Assembly: GCA_002633005.1 (NCBI GenBank)
Contig: NMRA01000142.1
Location: 416,860 to 480,859 of the forward strand
Direction: 5' to 3'
DNA length: 64,000 nt
From: Phoronis australis
Lineage: Eukaryota; Animalia; Phoronida
Numbering within the stretch: the first letter of the stretch is position 1; each line of letters starts with the position of its first letter. The position numbers were made by a program, and so were the translations under genes. This document shows, piece by piece, positions 62,020 to 64,000 of the stretch. Below the pieces are notes generated by a model. The model did not search any database. It worked only from the letters and a program-made list of their open reading frames with translations, and had not been told where the DNA came from.

Positions 62020-63301
62020 TTTCCAGTTTATATACAGAGGCATTTCATTGCTCAAACACTCAGTTGTACAACGGTGAAGGAAATGGACAAAATGTAATCC
62101 AGATTATGAATATTTGAAATAGCCTGCAAGTATAGACCGTTGTCGAAGGTAGCATTGATGCCGACATCAAGTCCGAAGAAATACGCAGTGAATGGGTTTA
62201 GTATTTTGTCAGGCGTTTCGATTACAAAATGGATTATTCACAAAAATGTGGAAAATTTTGCAATTTTTGCTGAGCAGGCTATGTACAAATGTTTATTTTC
62301 AAACTGGAAATTGTTTCGTTTTGAATAATTGCTCAACAGACAAGAATGCTAGGTGCATACAAGTTGTAATTCAACACGCTAATGTGTGGTTTAATTAGAA
62401 ATAACATACTATCATTGCTTGTAAATTGTATTGGCAATCGTACTGTAATCACGTGCTGCAGAAAACTTTCCACGGAGCAGAATACTAACCTGTTCTGCAA
62501 CCAGTAGCAGGGTTCGCTAACCACCACTCATGCCGGTGTATTATTAAACAAATGTATTCGGTGAATTTTGCTCATTGCGCATTAAATACCATGAATTGAC
62601 TCAGTTAATTAGATGAATAATTCATGAGCTACACAAAACTCATCCGATAGTCTCATTGGAAGAAGAACTCTAAGATCGAATGGCTCTTTAGAATTTGAAA
62701 TGTCAAGGCAACTAAGTGAAAATGTATAGATTCATTGTTCATATATTGATTTTCAAAATGTAAAATTCATGTTGCTAAGAACTAAGTTGACGATTCCTGG
62801 ATAGATTCCAATAACAGAGTGGTTTGTGGGGAGCCGATCAATACTTGAGATTGTGGTCTGTCGACGATAAACTAATAGATTTGAATTAACACGTAATCAT
62901 TACCAATATACGCCACCAGTTGAAATTTACCCAACTTTCCTCTTTACTTGATTCAACAAAGTACTTCCTTTTTTGGGTTTCGAAAGTGTCATTTTGTAAA
63001 AAATCAATTGAGTACTATGTAATTTTAATCCTCCAGCCATTGAATTGGTGGTGCCGTGTTGGAGCAATCAATGAACGGCATGCATTCGTGAAAAAGGTAA
63101 ACAGACCATTGCATTAATATTTGCATTTAAAGTTGATGCACTATGATCATCTTTCCTATATTTAAACATTTTACGCCGGTTGTCAGGGGAATATCGTGTC
63201 GGTAATGGAGTCTTGGAACAAAAAACTATGCATATTTCATGAGAAATTGTCTCGTATATGAGAAATAACTGAATACACTCCACGTGTCACTTATCGTTCA
63301 A
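62020..63301 (-). pseudogene. Decayed large exon resembling IgGFc-binding protein N-terminal domain
   Basis: Bounded by a ttttattcctgcag acceptor and gtacgt donor. Frame-broken fragments lie in the expected domain order: TRGVYSVISHIRDN, FQLVAYIGND, NNESIHFHLVALTFQI, SSNETIG, PIQFTSNDSMLFLIKP, AIIQNETISSLKIN, HFVIETPDKILNPFTAYFFG. Many stops and frameshifts; recognised by eye only. Confidence 0.45.
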
Positions 63302-64000
63302 CTGCAGGAATAAAACGCGTTTCACACTTTTGAAACTTCTTACATTTTGGTCAAAGACGGGTAGACTGCATATTATTTGGTAGCTGTTATTTGGAATTCT
63401 GTGAAAAACAAGTTTTTAATTGAGATAGTTGAAACATGAACAACACGAAAAATCTCAAATGGTTTCAAAATCCAAACTTGACTCAAATTGCGAGGTGTGA
63501 TTTCGACTCTTTATCTTGCTGTCCGCTAATGAACAGAAACGGCTAACTCACGATTTTAACTCACTGAGCATGTACTTATGAAAAAAGGATGAAAAGGAAG
63601 TGATGTGGCCAACAGGTGGCGGGCCAGCTAGACTTACCGTAAATGTTTGCAACATATTTCCCGCTCCTTATTGAGAAAAAGGAAGTACCTAGTATCAAAC
63701 ATTTGTGAGTCTTTTATAGCAGAAATAGCTCAAACTTTTCAGACATAGCTTAAATTTTTAAGCATGGATCAAAATTTCCAAGCGTGGTGCAAAACTTGGT
63801 ACAGTACCATAGTTGAACTTAAACAGAACATTATATATTTTCTGTGATGAGAAAATAAATGATAAGAGTTTTGTTATCGCGAAAACCGGGTGATTGCTTA
63901 CGTTCACAAGTTGGCTTTTTCGTCCACGTTGGAATGGTGTCGTTCAAAGAACATATTACGACGTCATGTCCGGTCATGTTGTACCCTTTCTCGCAAGTAT

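Noticed and set aside
63638-63746. Signal-peptide first exon of the Sushi gene
   Set aside because: Good GTAAGT donor, but the phase-1 frame has a stop after the nearest ATG and no clear signal peptide; left unresolved

Overview
Eukaryotic (invertebrate, probably mollusc/lophotrochozoan; the taxon is inferred) AT-rich genomic DNA with three intron-rich genes, reconstructed by hand from GT-AG sites and phase continuity. (1) U2SURP/SR140 on +: 25 coding exons, 1-28709, 5' start outside the window; RRM, SURP, CID, cwf21 and RS tail. (2) A secreted PAN/Apple + Trp-punctuated mucin-repeat + fibrinogen-domain (FReD) gene on +: 33749-42217, 5 exons. (3) A type-I membrane multi-Sushi/CCP gene on -: 50049-61871 and upstream. 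It has one Sushi split by a ~84-aa Ser/Thr insert, a real ~1.97-kb exon+intron tandem duplication, and a ~1.3-kb decayed IgGFc-binding-like pseudo-exon upstream. Four 1-2 kb near-identical tandem duplications each have a single N at the junction (16268, 24008, 45031, 53579) and are most likely uncollapsed haplotypes. Introns and spacers hold MITEs (TTAA/Kolobok-like, hAT-like), a Helentron-type element, tRNA-derived SINEs, LINE remnants (one joined to a (TTAGGG)n tract), mini/microsatellites and three degenerate hammerhead-ribozyme-like motifs. No prokaryotic system or CRISPR is present. Nothing can be declared novel without database searches.
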